Below, piece after piece: positions 53,722-62,688 of a stretch of 64,000 bases of DNA. A model generated the notes under the pieces. That model saw nothing but the letters and a program-made list of their open reading frames with translations, was not told the origin of the DNA and did no database searches. The position numbers were made by a program, and so were the translations under genes. How positions within the stretch are numbered: the first letter of the stretch is position 1; the number at the start of each line of letters is the position of its first letter. Source of the stretch: an uncultured Clostridia bacterium (GTDB lineage: Bacteria; Bacillota; Clostridia; Christensenellales; CAMQZB01); the NCBI GenBank assembly GCA_964541255.1, contig CAZIPL010000004.1:424-64423 (forward strand). The letters run 5' to 3'.

Positions 53722-54534
53722 ATGGAAAAGAACAGAGAAATTTTGACTCTTTCAAGAGAAACGCTTCAAAACGGCGGAAAGATTCCCGTCGATATTTTCG
53801 AAAACGAAGAAGTGTTGTTTAAGTCTATCGCAAGACTTGTCGCTGACGAAATCAAGGAAAACACTCGCGGGGGAAGAGAGGCGCTCTTCATTCTTCCGTT
53901 GGGTCCTGTCGGACAGTACGGTTATCTTGCCGATATAATCAACAGCGAGAGAATTTCGCTTAAAACTCTCACCGTCGTCAATATGGACGAATATATGGAG
54001 GACGAGAACACGCTTATCGACAAAAACGATCCGTTGTCCTTTGAAAAGACGATGTACGAGCTTTTCTATAACAAGATAGATAGTGAGCTTTTGAACGACA
54101 AAGAAAAGCGTATTTTCCCGAATCTAAATAACGGCGACGAGATTAGAGCCTTGATAGAAAAACACGGCGGCGTAGATTTTTGCCTCGGCGGAATAGGCGT
54201 TGACGGACATATCGCTTTCAACGAGCCTATCGAGGGAATGAGCGTCGAAGAGTTTTCGAACCTTTCCGTGAGAGTGGTTTCCATTCGCACCGAAACAAAG
54301 GTAACCAACGGAACGATGGAATTCGGCGGAGCTTATGAGTTTATTCCCGATTACGCCGTAACTATCGGAATGAAAGAGATTTTAGCCGCTAAAAAGATTA
54401 GGCTTTATTGCTTCAAGCCGTGGCATAAGATGGTAGTAAGAAAGGCTTCTTTCTATGCTCCCTCTGCGGAATTCCCGGTAACGCTTTTGCAAGGAAAAGA
54501 CGTAAGAATCGGAATTCCCGAGTCTTTGGCGTAA
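53722..54534 (+). CDS. NagB/6-phosphogluconolactonase-superfamily protein, paralog 2
   Basis: VNMDEY and GGIGVDGHIAFNEP motifs are present. It is a paralog of 9071..9874 and starts 3 nt after the aldolase stop. Confidence 0.7.
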   Translation: MEKNREILTLSRETLQNGGKIPVDIFENEEVLFKSIARLVADEIKENTRGGREALFILPLGPVGQYGYLADIINSERISLKTLTVVNMDEYMEDENTLIDKNDPLSFEKTMYELFYNKIDSELLNDKEKRIFPNLNNGDEIRALIEKHGGVDFCLGGIGVDGHIAFNEPIEGMSVEEFSNLSVRVVSIRTETKVTNGTMEFGGAYEFIPDYAVTIGMKEILAAKKIRLYCFKPWHKMVVRKASFYAPSAEFPVTLLQGKDVRIGIPESLA

Positions 54535-54758
54535 GGCGTCAATCGAGCTTTTTTAGCGAAAATCTCGCATAGTTTTTTTACATATTTTTTATATCTTTAA
54601 TAGGAAAAGTAAAAGCATGTAATATTATTGCAAAAATCGACAGTTCAAAGATATTTGCTCTTGAAAGGTCGATTTTTTTATGTTAAAATATTCTATGTTA
54701 AAGTTGCCGCTAAAAACGGCAGTTAATAAAACAAATTATACATAAGGAGAAAAATATT

Positions 54759-56162
54759 ATGGCAAAAACGCGTAACGGCTGGATGGCTTCACGAAAAGAA
54801 CATTTTACTTATAGTATGTTCTTCTTCGGGCAGAACCTTCTTTGGGGTTTTGCGGGAATGATCCTGACCTTCCTTACCGACATCGGTATTTCTGCGGCAT
54901 TGGCAGGAACGATTCTTATCGTCCCGAAGATTTGGGATGCCGTAAACGACACTATTTTCGGAGTTATCGTCGATAAAACGAGATTCAAAAACGGGCAGAA
55001 GTTCCTCCCGTGGGTTAAAATCGGCGTAGCGGCAATCGGCGTAACGACCCTCGTTATGTTCGCGATCCCCGCAAGCGCTCCTCAGACGCTTAAAGTTATT
55101 TGGTTCATAATCGCTTACGTACTTTTCGACGCGGCATATACGATGCTCGACGCTCCCGCGTTCGCGCTTCCTACCGTTATGACGAACAGCATTTCCGAAC
55201 GTACCTCTTTGGTTTCGGGCAATAAGCTTTGGGCTATGGTCGGAGGCGTTTTGGCTACGATCCTCATTCCTATGCTTCAGAAAAAGCTCGGCTGGTTCGG
55301 CGCAGGCTGCATATTCATTATCGGCGGTGTGATTTTGATGCTCCCGCTTCTCTTCTGCGCAAAGGAAAGACAGTCTGAAGAACAGAAGAAGGAAGAAGAC
55401 GTTTCGTTGAAGCAGATTTTCGGCTATGTCGGAAAGAACAAATATCTTTTGATCACGCTCATCGCAATGCTTTTGTTCGGACTTACCGCAGTAGAAAGCT
55501 CTCTTTCGATTTACATCGCAAGAATCTGTCTCGGAGACCAGAGCCTCGGCACGATCCTCGCTGCATGCGTAGCTGTTCCCGTAATCTTAGTTTCCGCGGT
55601 TATTCCTCCCCTTGCAAAGAAGTTCGATAAGTTCTGGATTCTCGTTGTCGGCGTTATTTCTTCTATCGTTCTCAACGTAGTAGCGTTCTTCGTAGGATTC
55701 GAAAACGTAACGATATCCATTCTCTTCACGGCTTTGAAGTGCATGGGACTTGCATTCTGGCAGGTTATCATATATATGCTCGTTGCCGACACCGTCGAAT
55801 ACGGTACGTATAAGTCGGGCACGAGAGCGGCAGGTATCACGTTCTCTTTGCAGACGTTCGTATCTAAGCTCAAAAACGCGCTCATCACATCTCTTATCGC
55901 GTTCTCGCTCGCACTCGTCGGATTCGTCGAGGGTGAAAACGTCGTTCAGCCCGAAGGCGTTGCTGAAGGCATTTGGGGAATCTTCACGCTTCTCCCCGCA
56001 ATCGGCTACGTAATCGCGTTGCTCGTTCTTTTGTTCGGATACAAGCTCCGCGACCCGAGCGTTCAGGTTATGGCAGACTATAACAGCGGCAAGATTTCTT
56101 ACGAAGAAGCTGTCGATGCAATCGGCGATAAGTTCGGTGCGCCTGCCGTAAGAGGAGAATAA
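54759..56162 (+). CDS. GPH-family sugar:cation symporter
   Basis: About 12 TM segments. The motif PKIWDAVNDTIFGVIVDKTRFKNGQKF is present. RBS AAGGAGAAAAA. Confidence 0.85.
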   Translation: MAKTRNGWMASRKEHFTYSMFFFGQNLLWGFAGMILTFLTDIGISAALAGTILIVPKIWDAVNDTIFGVIVDKTRFKNGQKFLPWVKIGVAAIGVTTLVMFAIPASAPQTLKVIWFIIAYVLFDAAYTMLDAPAFALPTVMTNSISERTSLVSGNKLWAMVGGVLATILIPMLQKKLGWFGAGCIFIIGGVILMLPLLFCAKERQSEEQKKEEDVSLKQIFGYVGKNKYLLITLIAMLLFGLTAVESSLSIYIARICLGDQSLGTILAACVAVPVILVSAVIPPLAKKFDKFWILVVGVISSIVLNVVAFFVGFENVTISILFTALKCMGLAFWQVIIYMLVADTVEYGTYKSGTRAAGITFSLQTFVSKLKNALITSLIAFSLALVGFVEGENVVQPEGVAEGIWGIFTLLPAIGYVIALLVLLFGYKLRDPSVQVMADYNSGKISYEEAVDAIGDKFGAPAVRGE

Positions 56163-56167
56163 ATAAT

Positions 56168-56587
56168 ATGCTGGTAGCGATAGTTTTAGGCAACAGAATG
56201 AATAACGACGGATCGTTAAGCGAAAAGTGCCTTAAACGACTCGAGCTTGCAAAAAAGGTAGATAAGCTTTTCTCTCCCGACAAAATCATTTTGTCGGGAG
56301 GGCTTGCAAATCCGACCGCGGGCATAACGGAAGCGAAAGCGATGTTCGATAAGCTCGTGTCGGACGGCATGGACAAGGACAAGCTCGTTTTGGAGGACAA
56401 GTCTCTTTCCACCGTCGAAAACGCAAAGAACTCCGTACCTTTGGCAAAAATCATGGGCGCGGACGAAGTTATTGTCATATCGACCTTGGAGCATATGTCG
56501 AGAAAGTATTATAACGCAATCGCGATTTTCGTCAAAGAGGTCGAAAAGGTAGGCGGTATGAAGCTTTCGATTTATTCGGGAGATTGA
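56168..56587 (+). CDS. YdcF/ElyC-family (DUF218) protein
   Basis: The pattern ILSGG...EAKAM...L...G......LEDKSLSTVENA matches the DUF218 core. RBS GAGGAG. Confidence 0.7.
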   Translation: MLVAIVLGNRMNNDGSLSEKCLKRLELAKKVDKLFSPDKIILSGGLANPTAGITEAKAMFDKLVSDGMDKDKLVLEDKSLSTVENAKNSVPLAKIMGADEVIVISTLEHMSRKYYNAIAIFVKEVEKVGGMKLSIYSGD

Positions 56588-56588
56588 T

Positions 56589-57416
56589 ATGGCAGATACA
56601 ACTACTCATCTTATAACGGCAATACGTTATGTGAAAGAAAATTCCGATCTTTCCGGCGATTTCAAAAGAGCGTTTTATCTCGGTTCGCAAGGCCCCGATA
56701 TATTCTTCTTCGGACTTGACGGAGCAAGTTTTGCTTTTGCCGATTCCATACACGACGTAGCCCCGAAAGCGTTGTTCGAAATTGACGGGCATGACGTAGA
56801 GAAAGAAACGGAGCTTTATAAAGGCTATTATTACGGCATTTTGCTTCACTACTTCCTCGACAGAATCGTACATCAATACGTCGGATACCGCCGTCGCACG
56901 TTCCCCGAGCCGTATTCGCATACGCTGACAGAAACGGCGATGGATATGATCGTTTGCGAAAGAGAATTCGGTTATCTTCCCGAAAAATTCCCGTACGACG
57001 ATTATTTCAAGTGCGACGACGACCTTGTCAAAGAGGTTTTCAGATTCTATTCTGTAAGACGAAACGACGCGATTTTGACGGAAGAATACGTCAAAAAGTG
57101 TGTGGGAAGCTTCATAAAATACACCAAGAAATTTATGAAGCCCGACCTTTCGGTTAAGCTTATGGTCAAAGCGATCGAAGCTAAGAAAAAGGAAAAAGGC
57201 TCGTTTTCCTGCCACTTGAAAACGCGCGATCACTATAATCTCGCCGTCATGAACGACGAAAGAAAGCCGTGGCAAGGAAGAGACGAAGAGTTTACTCTTT
57301 CCGTCGAAGATATGCTCGAAAAGGCGCTTAAAGATTTCGAAAACGAAGTTTCGAAGATAAAATCGGAAAGCGCGTATGAGTTTATTCATACGGAAGAATT
57401 TTCTTGTAACAAATAA
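56589..57416 (+). CDS. Zinc-dependent phospholipase C-like (PF00882-like) family protein
   Basis: The N-terminal THLI...AFYLGSQGPDIFFFG pattern is typical of this family of small cytoplasmic metal-dependent hydrolase-like proteins. RBS GGGAG. Terminator at 57433-57467. Confidence 0.5.
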   Translation: MADTTTHLITAIRYVKENSDLSGDFKRAFYLGSQGPDIFFFGLDGASFAFADSIHDVAPKALFEIDGHDVEKETELYKGYYYGILLHYFLDRIVHQYVGYRRRTFPEPYSHTLTETAMDMIVCEREFGYLPEKFPYDDYFKCDDDLVKEVFRFYSVRRNDAILTEEYVKKCVGSFIKYTKKFMKPDLSVKLMVKAIEAKKKEKGSFSCHLKTRDHYNLAVMNDERKPWQGRDEEFTLSVEDMLEKALKDFENEVSKIKSESAYEFIHTEEFSCNK

Positions 57417-57432
57417 AACAACAATCATTTTG

Positions 57433-57467
57433 ACAAAGGGACTTTTATCAGCCCCTTTGTTTTTTTG
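57433..57467 (+). terminator. Intrinsic terminator
   Basis: CAAAGGG-loop-CCCTTTG followed by T7. Confidence 0.8.
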
Positions 57468-57574
57468 TGAATTATACTATTAAGTGCATATTTATGGAAT
57501 AAAAAAAGAAGTTTATATAAATCTACGGTAAAATAGTTTTAGTCAAAAAAACAAAAAGAATCGAGGAAAAATAT

Positions 57575-57622
57575 ATGAACTACAAACATTTTAGCATAGA
57601 AGAGCGTTGTTATCTTATATAA
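57575..57622 (+). pseudogene. Relic 5' end of an IS30-family transposase gene
   Basis: GAGGA, 7 nt, then ATG encoding MNYKHFSIEERCYLI-stop, which resembles the M.YKHLTI.E. N-terminus of Firmicute IS30-type transposases. A frameshifted continuation, KGKSYREKKLL, resembles the following HTH region. Only about 15-35 codons remain. Confidence 0.3.
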
Positions 57623-57740
57623 AAGGAAAAAGTTATAGGGAAAAGAAATTACTACTCAAAATAAGCAATGTATTTTTCATTATCCGTTGAAAAAAGCGTA
57701 AAAATATGATAAAATATCTAAAAACTCAAAGGGGATTATT

Positions 57741-59597
57741 ATGGCGAAAAGACTCGAACCGAAATTGGTGGAATATATATGGGGCGGAGAAAAGCTAAGA
57801 ACGGAGTTTAACAAAAGCTTCGATGAAAGTGACGTAGGCGAATCGTGGGAGCTTTCTTTCGCGGAAAACTACGAATCGAAAATCGACGGCGTCGATATAT
57901 CGAAAGCCGTTACGAAAGAAGAAATCGGCAAAAACGCCGACGGTTTTCCGTTCTTTCCGATGCTTATCAAGTTTATCGACGCTAATTTAGATCTTTCCAT
58001 TCAAGTGCATCCGAGCGACGATTACGCATTGAAAAACGAGGGGCAATACGGCAAAACCGAGATGTGGTATATTCTTTCTGCCGAAGAAGGCGCTGGGATA
58101 TATTTCGGGTTTAAGAAAGAGCCTCCCAAAGAGCGTTTGAACGAGCTTATGGCTTCGGGCGAAATATGCGATTACCTCAACTTTTTCGAGGTTAAGTCGG
58201 GAGAAACCTATTTTGTTAAAAGCGGAACGGTGCATGCGATAGGCAAAGGCGTGGTTATTTATGAAATACAGCAAAACTCCACGTTGACATATAGGCTTTA
58301 TGACTTTAAGCGCATTGACAAAAACGGCAAACAAAGGGAACTTCATACAGAAAAAGCCGCAAAGGTTCTCGATACGTCCGTTCTGAAAGAAAAGTCTGCT
58401 ACCTTTAAGCGCGAAGAGGGAGAAGGATACTCCAAAACGCCGCTTGGAGTGAGCAAATATTTTTCAGCGTTTTGTATCGAACTTGACGGGAAGAAGAGCT
58501 TCGATCCGTCGAAAAACACTTTCAACGTTCTTTCCGTTGTTGAGGGTGAGATTGAAATCAACGGTCTTTCTTGCAAAAAAGGAGACAGTGTATTCATTAG
58601 CGCGGGCGAAGAGATTAACCTATTTGGCAAAGGAAAAATCGTTTTGGCAAAGCTTTCTTCCTTCCATGTAGGAATCGACCTTGGCGGCACGTTCATAAAG
58701 GGCGGAATCGTTACCGACGACGGCGAAATATTGACCGAAACCTCCGTTCCGACTGAAGCGGAAAAGGGGTATGCGAAAGTCGAAGAAAACATCGCAAACC
58801 TCATTACGAGCTTATGCGAAAGCTGCAGACTCTCTCTTTCCGATATAAAGTCTTTTGGAATGGGAGTCCCCGGAATGATAGATTCCGAAAACGGACTTGT
58901 TATCTATTCGAACAACCTCAAATGGGACAAGGTTCAAATATCGGCCGACATCAAAAAGCTTATCGGAATAGACCTTAGAATAACAAACGACGCAAACGCA
59001 GCCGTTTTGGGTGAAGCGCTGTTTGGAGGTGCGAAAGGCAAAAAGAACGTCGTTATGCTGACTCTCGGTACGGGCTTAGGCGGCGGAATAGTCATCGACG
59101 GCAAGATTTTCGAGGGAGGGAAAGGAGTCGGCACGGAGCTTGGGCATACGATTTACGTTAAGGGCGGCGAGAAATGCACTTGCGGAAGATGCGGTTGCTT
59201 CGAGGCGTATGTGTCGGCGACGGCTCTTATTCGCGATACCAAAAAAGCGTTGGCAGAAAACCCTCAATCGAAGATGCACGAGGGAATAAATTCGCTCGAT
59301 GACGTCAACGCAAAGCTCCCGTTTGATTATGAAAACATCGACAAAACGGCGAAAACGCTTGTCGAAAACTATATAAGGTATCTTTCCGACGCGTGCATAG
59401 ACTTTGCCAACGTTTTCCGTCCCGAGGCGATACTTGTCGGCGGCGGCATATCAAAGCAAGGTGAAAATTTGACGAAACGTCTTCAAAAAATTCTCGACGA
59501 AGAGATTTTCGGCGGCTCGGATTATTCGAAAGTCTTGATAAAAACTGCAACGCTCGGAAACTTAGCAGGTCTTATGGGCGCGGCGTTTTTGGAATAA
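57741..59597 (+). CDS. Fusion protein: class I mannose-6-phosphate isomerase domain + ROK-family sugar kinase domain
   Basis: The N-terminal half has QVHPSDDYA, GKTEMWYIL and GTVHAIGKG (type I PMI cupin). From about nt 58660, the second half has VGIDLGGTFIKGG, NDANAAVLGE, LTLGTGLGGG and GHT...CTCGRCGCFEAYVS (ROK zinc motif). Confidence 0.85.
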   Translation: MAKRLEPKLVEYIWGGEKLRTEFNKSFDESDVGESWELSFAENYESKIDGVDISKAVTKEEIGKNADGFPFFPMLIKFIDANLDLSIQVHPSDDYALKNEGQYGKTEMWYILSAEEGAGIYFGFKKEPPKERLNELMASGEICDYLNFFEVKSGETYFVKSGTVHAIGKGVVIYEIQQNSTLTYRLYDFKRIDKNGKQRELHTEKAAKVLDTSVLKEKSATFKREEGEGYSKTPLGVSKYFSAFCIELDGKKSFDPSKNTFNVLSVVEGEIEINGLSCKKGDSVFISAGEEINLFGKGKIVLAKLSSFHVGIDLGGTFIKGGIVTDDGEILTETSVPTEAEKGYAKVEENIANLITSLCESCRLSLSDIKSFGMGVPGMIDSENGLVIYSNNLKWDKVQISADIKKLIGIDLRITNDANAAVLGEALFGGAKGKKNVVMLTLGTGLGGGIVIDGKIFEGGKGVGTELGHTIYVKGGEKCTCGRCGCFEAYVSATALIRDTKKALAENPQSKMHEGINSLDDVNAKLPFDYENIDKTAKTLVENYIRYLSDACIDFANVFRPEAILVGGGISKQGENLTKRLQKILDEEIFGGSDYSKVLIKTATLGNLAGLMGAAFLE

Positions 59598-59615
59598 GTT
59601 TTAACGTAATAATAA

Positions 59616-59657
59616 AAACGCCTGTTGAAGAAAGAACTTTTCGACAAGCGTTTTTTT
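59616..59657 (+). terminator. Intrinsic terminator
   Basis: Long imperfect stem ACGCCTGTTGAAG / CTTTTCGACAAGCGT followed by T7. Confidence 0.75.
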
Positions 59658-59851
59658 GTGGGTAAATTTTCAATCGATTTTACAATAATTCAATATATCT
59701 TACAATACAACTCCTTTTTCAGATGATATAGTTATTATATTATTATGAAAAGTGCGTTTTTTTGCAAGTGGGTTTATATGGCACGAAATTATTCGAAGTG
59801 ATATGCAAAACTTTTTTGAAAAACGCATTTTGATTGAAAAGGAGAAGTTAT

Positions 59852-61321
59852 ATGAGAAAGCAAAAGAAAGAGTATCCTCTAAACGGCAAAAACGTTTTCG
59901 GTTTGTCGCTAATGGGTTTTATGGGAACGGGCGCGTCGTCCTTTATGACGAGCCTTTTTATGCTTTATTTGACCGACTATTCGGGTATCGGTGCGATGGC
60001 GGCGACGCTCGGTACGGTTCTGCTTTTCGTCGGCAGAATAATCGATGCGGTGGACGATCCGTTGCAGGGTTGGATTATGGACTCGACTAAGCCTACGAAA
60101 TACGGAAAATATAAACCCTATGTGTTCATAAGCATCATCATAACGGCGGTATCCGTTATCGCGCTTTTCGCTCTGCCGAAATTCGTATCCTCCCGTCCCG
60201 TTTTGACGGTTATATACGTATTGTTCTTCTATGTTTTATATGACGTCGGAACGTCTTTCAATGCGGCAAATCCCCTTATGCAAACGATGTCTGATGATTC
60301 CGTTATAAGAGGCAAGCTTACAGTTTATCCGAGAGTTTTCGGTATGATAGCTTCCGTTCCGTTCGCGTTCATTCTTACGATTATAACTGCGGTTAATCAA
60401 AGCACTTTCAACGATATGCATATGTCCTTTGCAATCGTAACGGTAGTCATCACGTTGATAATCGCGGCGATTTCGATAATCGGAATCGTATGCGTAAAAG
60501 AGGGTACGCATAAAGTCGAAGAGGAAGAGTCGGTCAAAGTAGGTTTCAAAGACATCGTCAAGATGTTCAAGACAAACAAGCCTCTTTTGATAACCAAAGG
60601 ATCGGGTGTGTTTAGCGGCTTTGTCTGGACGCTGATTTTCGCAACGACGACCTATTTTGTTAAATACCGTTTCTGCGCAGACCTTACGACGGGTGAAGTC
60701 GATCAAGCTAAGTTTGGAACGATGACGATGATAATCGGAATGCTTCAGATGCTTCCTTTGATGCTCGGCGCAATTATAGGACCGAAGATTATCAAAAAAT
60801 CGAAAGACATCGTTAAGCTTTGCATGAACCTCAACTGGATTCAAGTAATTTTGCTTATTTTGATGTTCGTTTTGAACCTTTTCGGCGTATACGAAAAAGG
60901 CGCAGTCACATACACCGTTCTTTTGGCTCTCGTATTGTTCTTCTGCGGTTGCGGCTTTGTTCCCGGAACCGTAATAGGTATGGAATGTATGGATTACGGC
61001 GAGTGGAAGACGGGTAAGCAAATGAACGGAATCGTAGAGTCTGTTTCGAAATTTTTGGAGAAGGCTCAGACGGCGATTTCTTCTGCTTCCGTCGGCGCGA
61101 TACTTATTGCTCTTGGTTATGTCGTCGATTCCGCGACAGATACTTATATCGGCGAGCTTGAAGCTCTTCCCAAGATTCTCGATTCCTTTATGGTTGTATC
61201 GGCTCTTGTGCCCGCGATTTTCTTAATTATCGCAAACGTCATTATGCATTTCTATCCGATAAATAACGAAACAAGAGCGCAAATGGCGGAGGATTTGAGT
61301 AAGACTCGCGGAAACGCATAA
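59852..61321 (+). CDS. GPH-family sugar:cation symporter (paralog of 15963..17441)
   Basis: ATG at 59852 follows AAAGGAGAAG. GRIIDAVDDPLQGWIMDSTKPTKYGKYK motif is present. Terminator at 61349-61389. Confidence 0.85.
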   Translation: MRKQKKEYPLNGKNVFGLSLMGFMGTGASSFMTSLFMLYLTDYSGIGAMAATLGTVLLFVGRIIDAVDDPLQGWIMDSTKPTKYGKYKPYVFISIIITAVSVIALFALPKFVSSRPVLTVIYVLFFYVLYDVGTSFNAANPLMQTMSDDSVIRGKLTVYPRVFGMIASVPFAFILTIITAVNQSTFNDMHMSFAIVTVVITLIIAAISIIGIVCVKEGTHKVEEEESVKVGFKDIVKMFKTNKPLLITKGSGVFSGFVWTLIFATTTYFVKYRFCADLTTGEVDQAKFGTMTMIIGMLQMLPLMLGAIIGPKIIKKSKDIVKLCMNLNWIQVILLILMFVLNLFGVYEKGAVTYTVLLALVLFFCGCGFVPGTVIGMECMDYGEWKTGKQMNGIVESVSKFLEKAQTAISSASVGAILIALGYVVDSATDTYIGELEALPKILDSFMVVSALVPAIFLIIANVIMHFYPINNETRAQMAEDLSKTRGNA

Positions 61322-61348
61322 TATTTCTAAAAACAAAATAACGTAGAA

Positions 61349-61389
61349 AAGAATGCACCTCAATAGTTATCCATTGAAGTGCATTCTTG
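61349..61389. terminator. Bidirectional terminator between convergent GPH and araC genes
   Basis: AAGAATGCACCTCAAT / ATTGAAGTGCATTCTT 16-bp stem with one mismatch. Confidence 0.75.
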
Positions 61390-61410
61390 ATTATATCGGT
61401 AAAATTGTCG

Positions 61411-62592
61411 TTAGTTTTGATTCCTAAATTCTTGCGGAGTCATATTCGTTTCTTTTTTGAATACGTTTTGGAAATAGCTTTGCGACGAAAAGGCGAGCTG
61501 TTCGGAAATTTGCGATAGTGTCTTATCCGTTGTTTTCAAAAGCCTTTTCGCTTCGTCGATTTTAAGCTCCGTGACATATTCGATTACGGTCTTTCCGGTT
61601 ATGGCTTTGAATTTTGTGGTGAGGTATGACTTATTGACGAAAAGCTCGTTTGCCATATCACTTAAATAGATTTTTTCGTTGATGTGATTGAAAACATACG
61701 ACCTTATGCTCGAAACAAAGCTTCCCGACGAGCCTTTGGTTTTGATCTCCGCAACGGCTTTGGCAAGATTTATTATCATTTCGGATTGAAGCGCGCTTAT
61801 TGCGTAATAATCGGAGAGCATTTCGGCTTTTTGGATATAAAGATCGGTGGTCGAAAGCGCCGTAACGGGACTGAGACCGCCCTTTATAGCGGAACGGGAA
61901 TATAGCGTTGCGGCAACGATGAAAGTGTTTCGCGATTGCCTTACGGAATCTTGCGCCATTTTGCCGACGTATGACGTTTCGGTTTGATCATACATGCTTT
62001 CGATTTTTTCGTACATGCCGTTTTTGATGTAGAACGCAACTAAATTGGCAAGTTTTTCCGCTTCTTCGCGCTCGGCAAAGCTTGCTTCTTCGCGTCGCTT
62101 TTTCGGAGAGGATTTAAGCTTAAACTCTGGGATTTCTTTGCTGAGAAGTAAGTCTATGCGGTCGATATTTTCGTTGTTTATGAGTAAATCGAAAAGTATG
62201 ACGAAGTTGAGAAAAACCCTCAGTTCCGTTTCGGGAACGGCGCTTAATATTTCGTCAAGATATACTTCTTCTTTTTGAGTAAGATTAAGGTCGGAAAGAA
62301 TGGATTTTTTGATTTCGTCCGACGGATAGATATTAAAACACGGTCCTATTTCGAGAGAATAAGGGGTGTCTTTTATGAGAATTTTCGCAAAATATAAATG
62401 ATTGTGTGTAATCGCAATGGCGGCTTTTTTGCTTTTGAAATCGAAAGCGTTTTTGGTTAAAAGCGGAAATCGGTTTTGCAATATCTCGCTTTCAACATTC
62501 GAAAACAAGAAAAGCGTTTTGTTTCCTTTCAAAAGCCGCGTCGGGATTTGCGTCGATTCATAAATATTTTTTGCATATAATTCGTATATCAT
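61411..62592 (-). CDS. AraC-family transcriptional regulator (paralog of 18435..19640)
   Basis: C-terminal LKIDEAKRLLKTTDKTLSQISEQLAFSSQSYFQNVFKKETNMTPQEFR. ATG at 62592 is preferred over the TTG at 62628 by N-terminal alignment with the paralog. Neither start has a good SD. Confidence 0.8.
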   Translation of the reverse strand: MIYELYAKNIYESTQIPTRLLKGNKTLFLFSNVESEILQNRFPLLTKNAFDFKSKKAAIAITHNHLYFAKILIKDTPYSLEIGPCFNIYPSDEIKKSILSDLNLTQKEEVYLDEILSAVPETELRVFLNFVILFDLLINNENIDRIDLLLSKEIPEFKLKSSPKKRREEASFAEREEAEKLANLVAFYIKNGMYEKIESMYDQTETSYVGKMAQDSVRQSRNTFIVAATLYSRSAIKGGLSPVTALSTTDLYIQKAEMLSDYYAISALQSEMIINLAKAVAEIKTKGSSGSFVSSIRSYVFNHINEKIYLSDMANELFVNKSYLTTKFKAITGKTVIEYVTELKIDEAKRLLKTTDKTLSQISEQLAFSSQSYFQNVFKKETNMTPQEFRNQN

Positions 62593-62688
62593 AGTGATTA
62601 TTTTACAATAAAACACATTTTTTTGCAAGACAATATCTGTATTATGTGATATAATTGTAATAATCTAAGAAATGATGGAGGTTAAATC

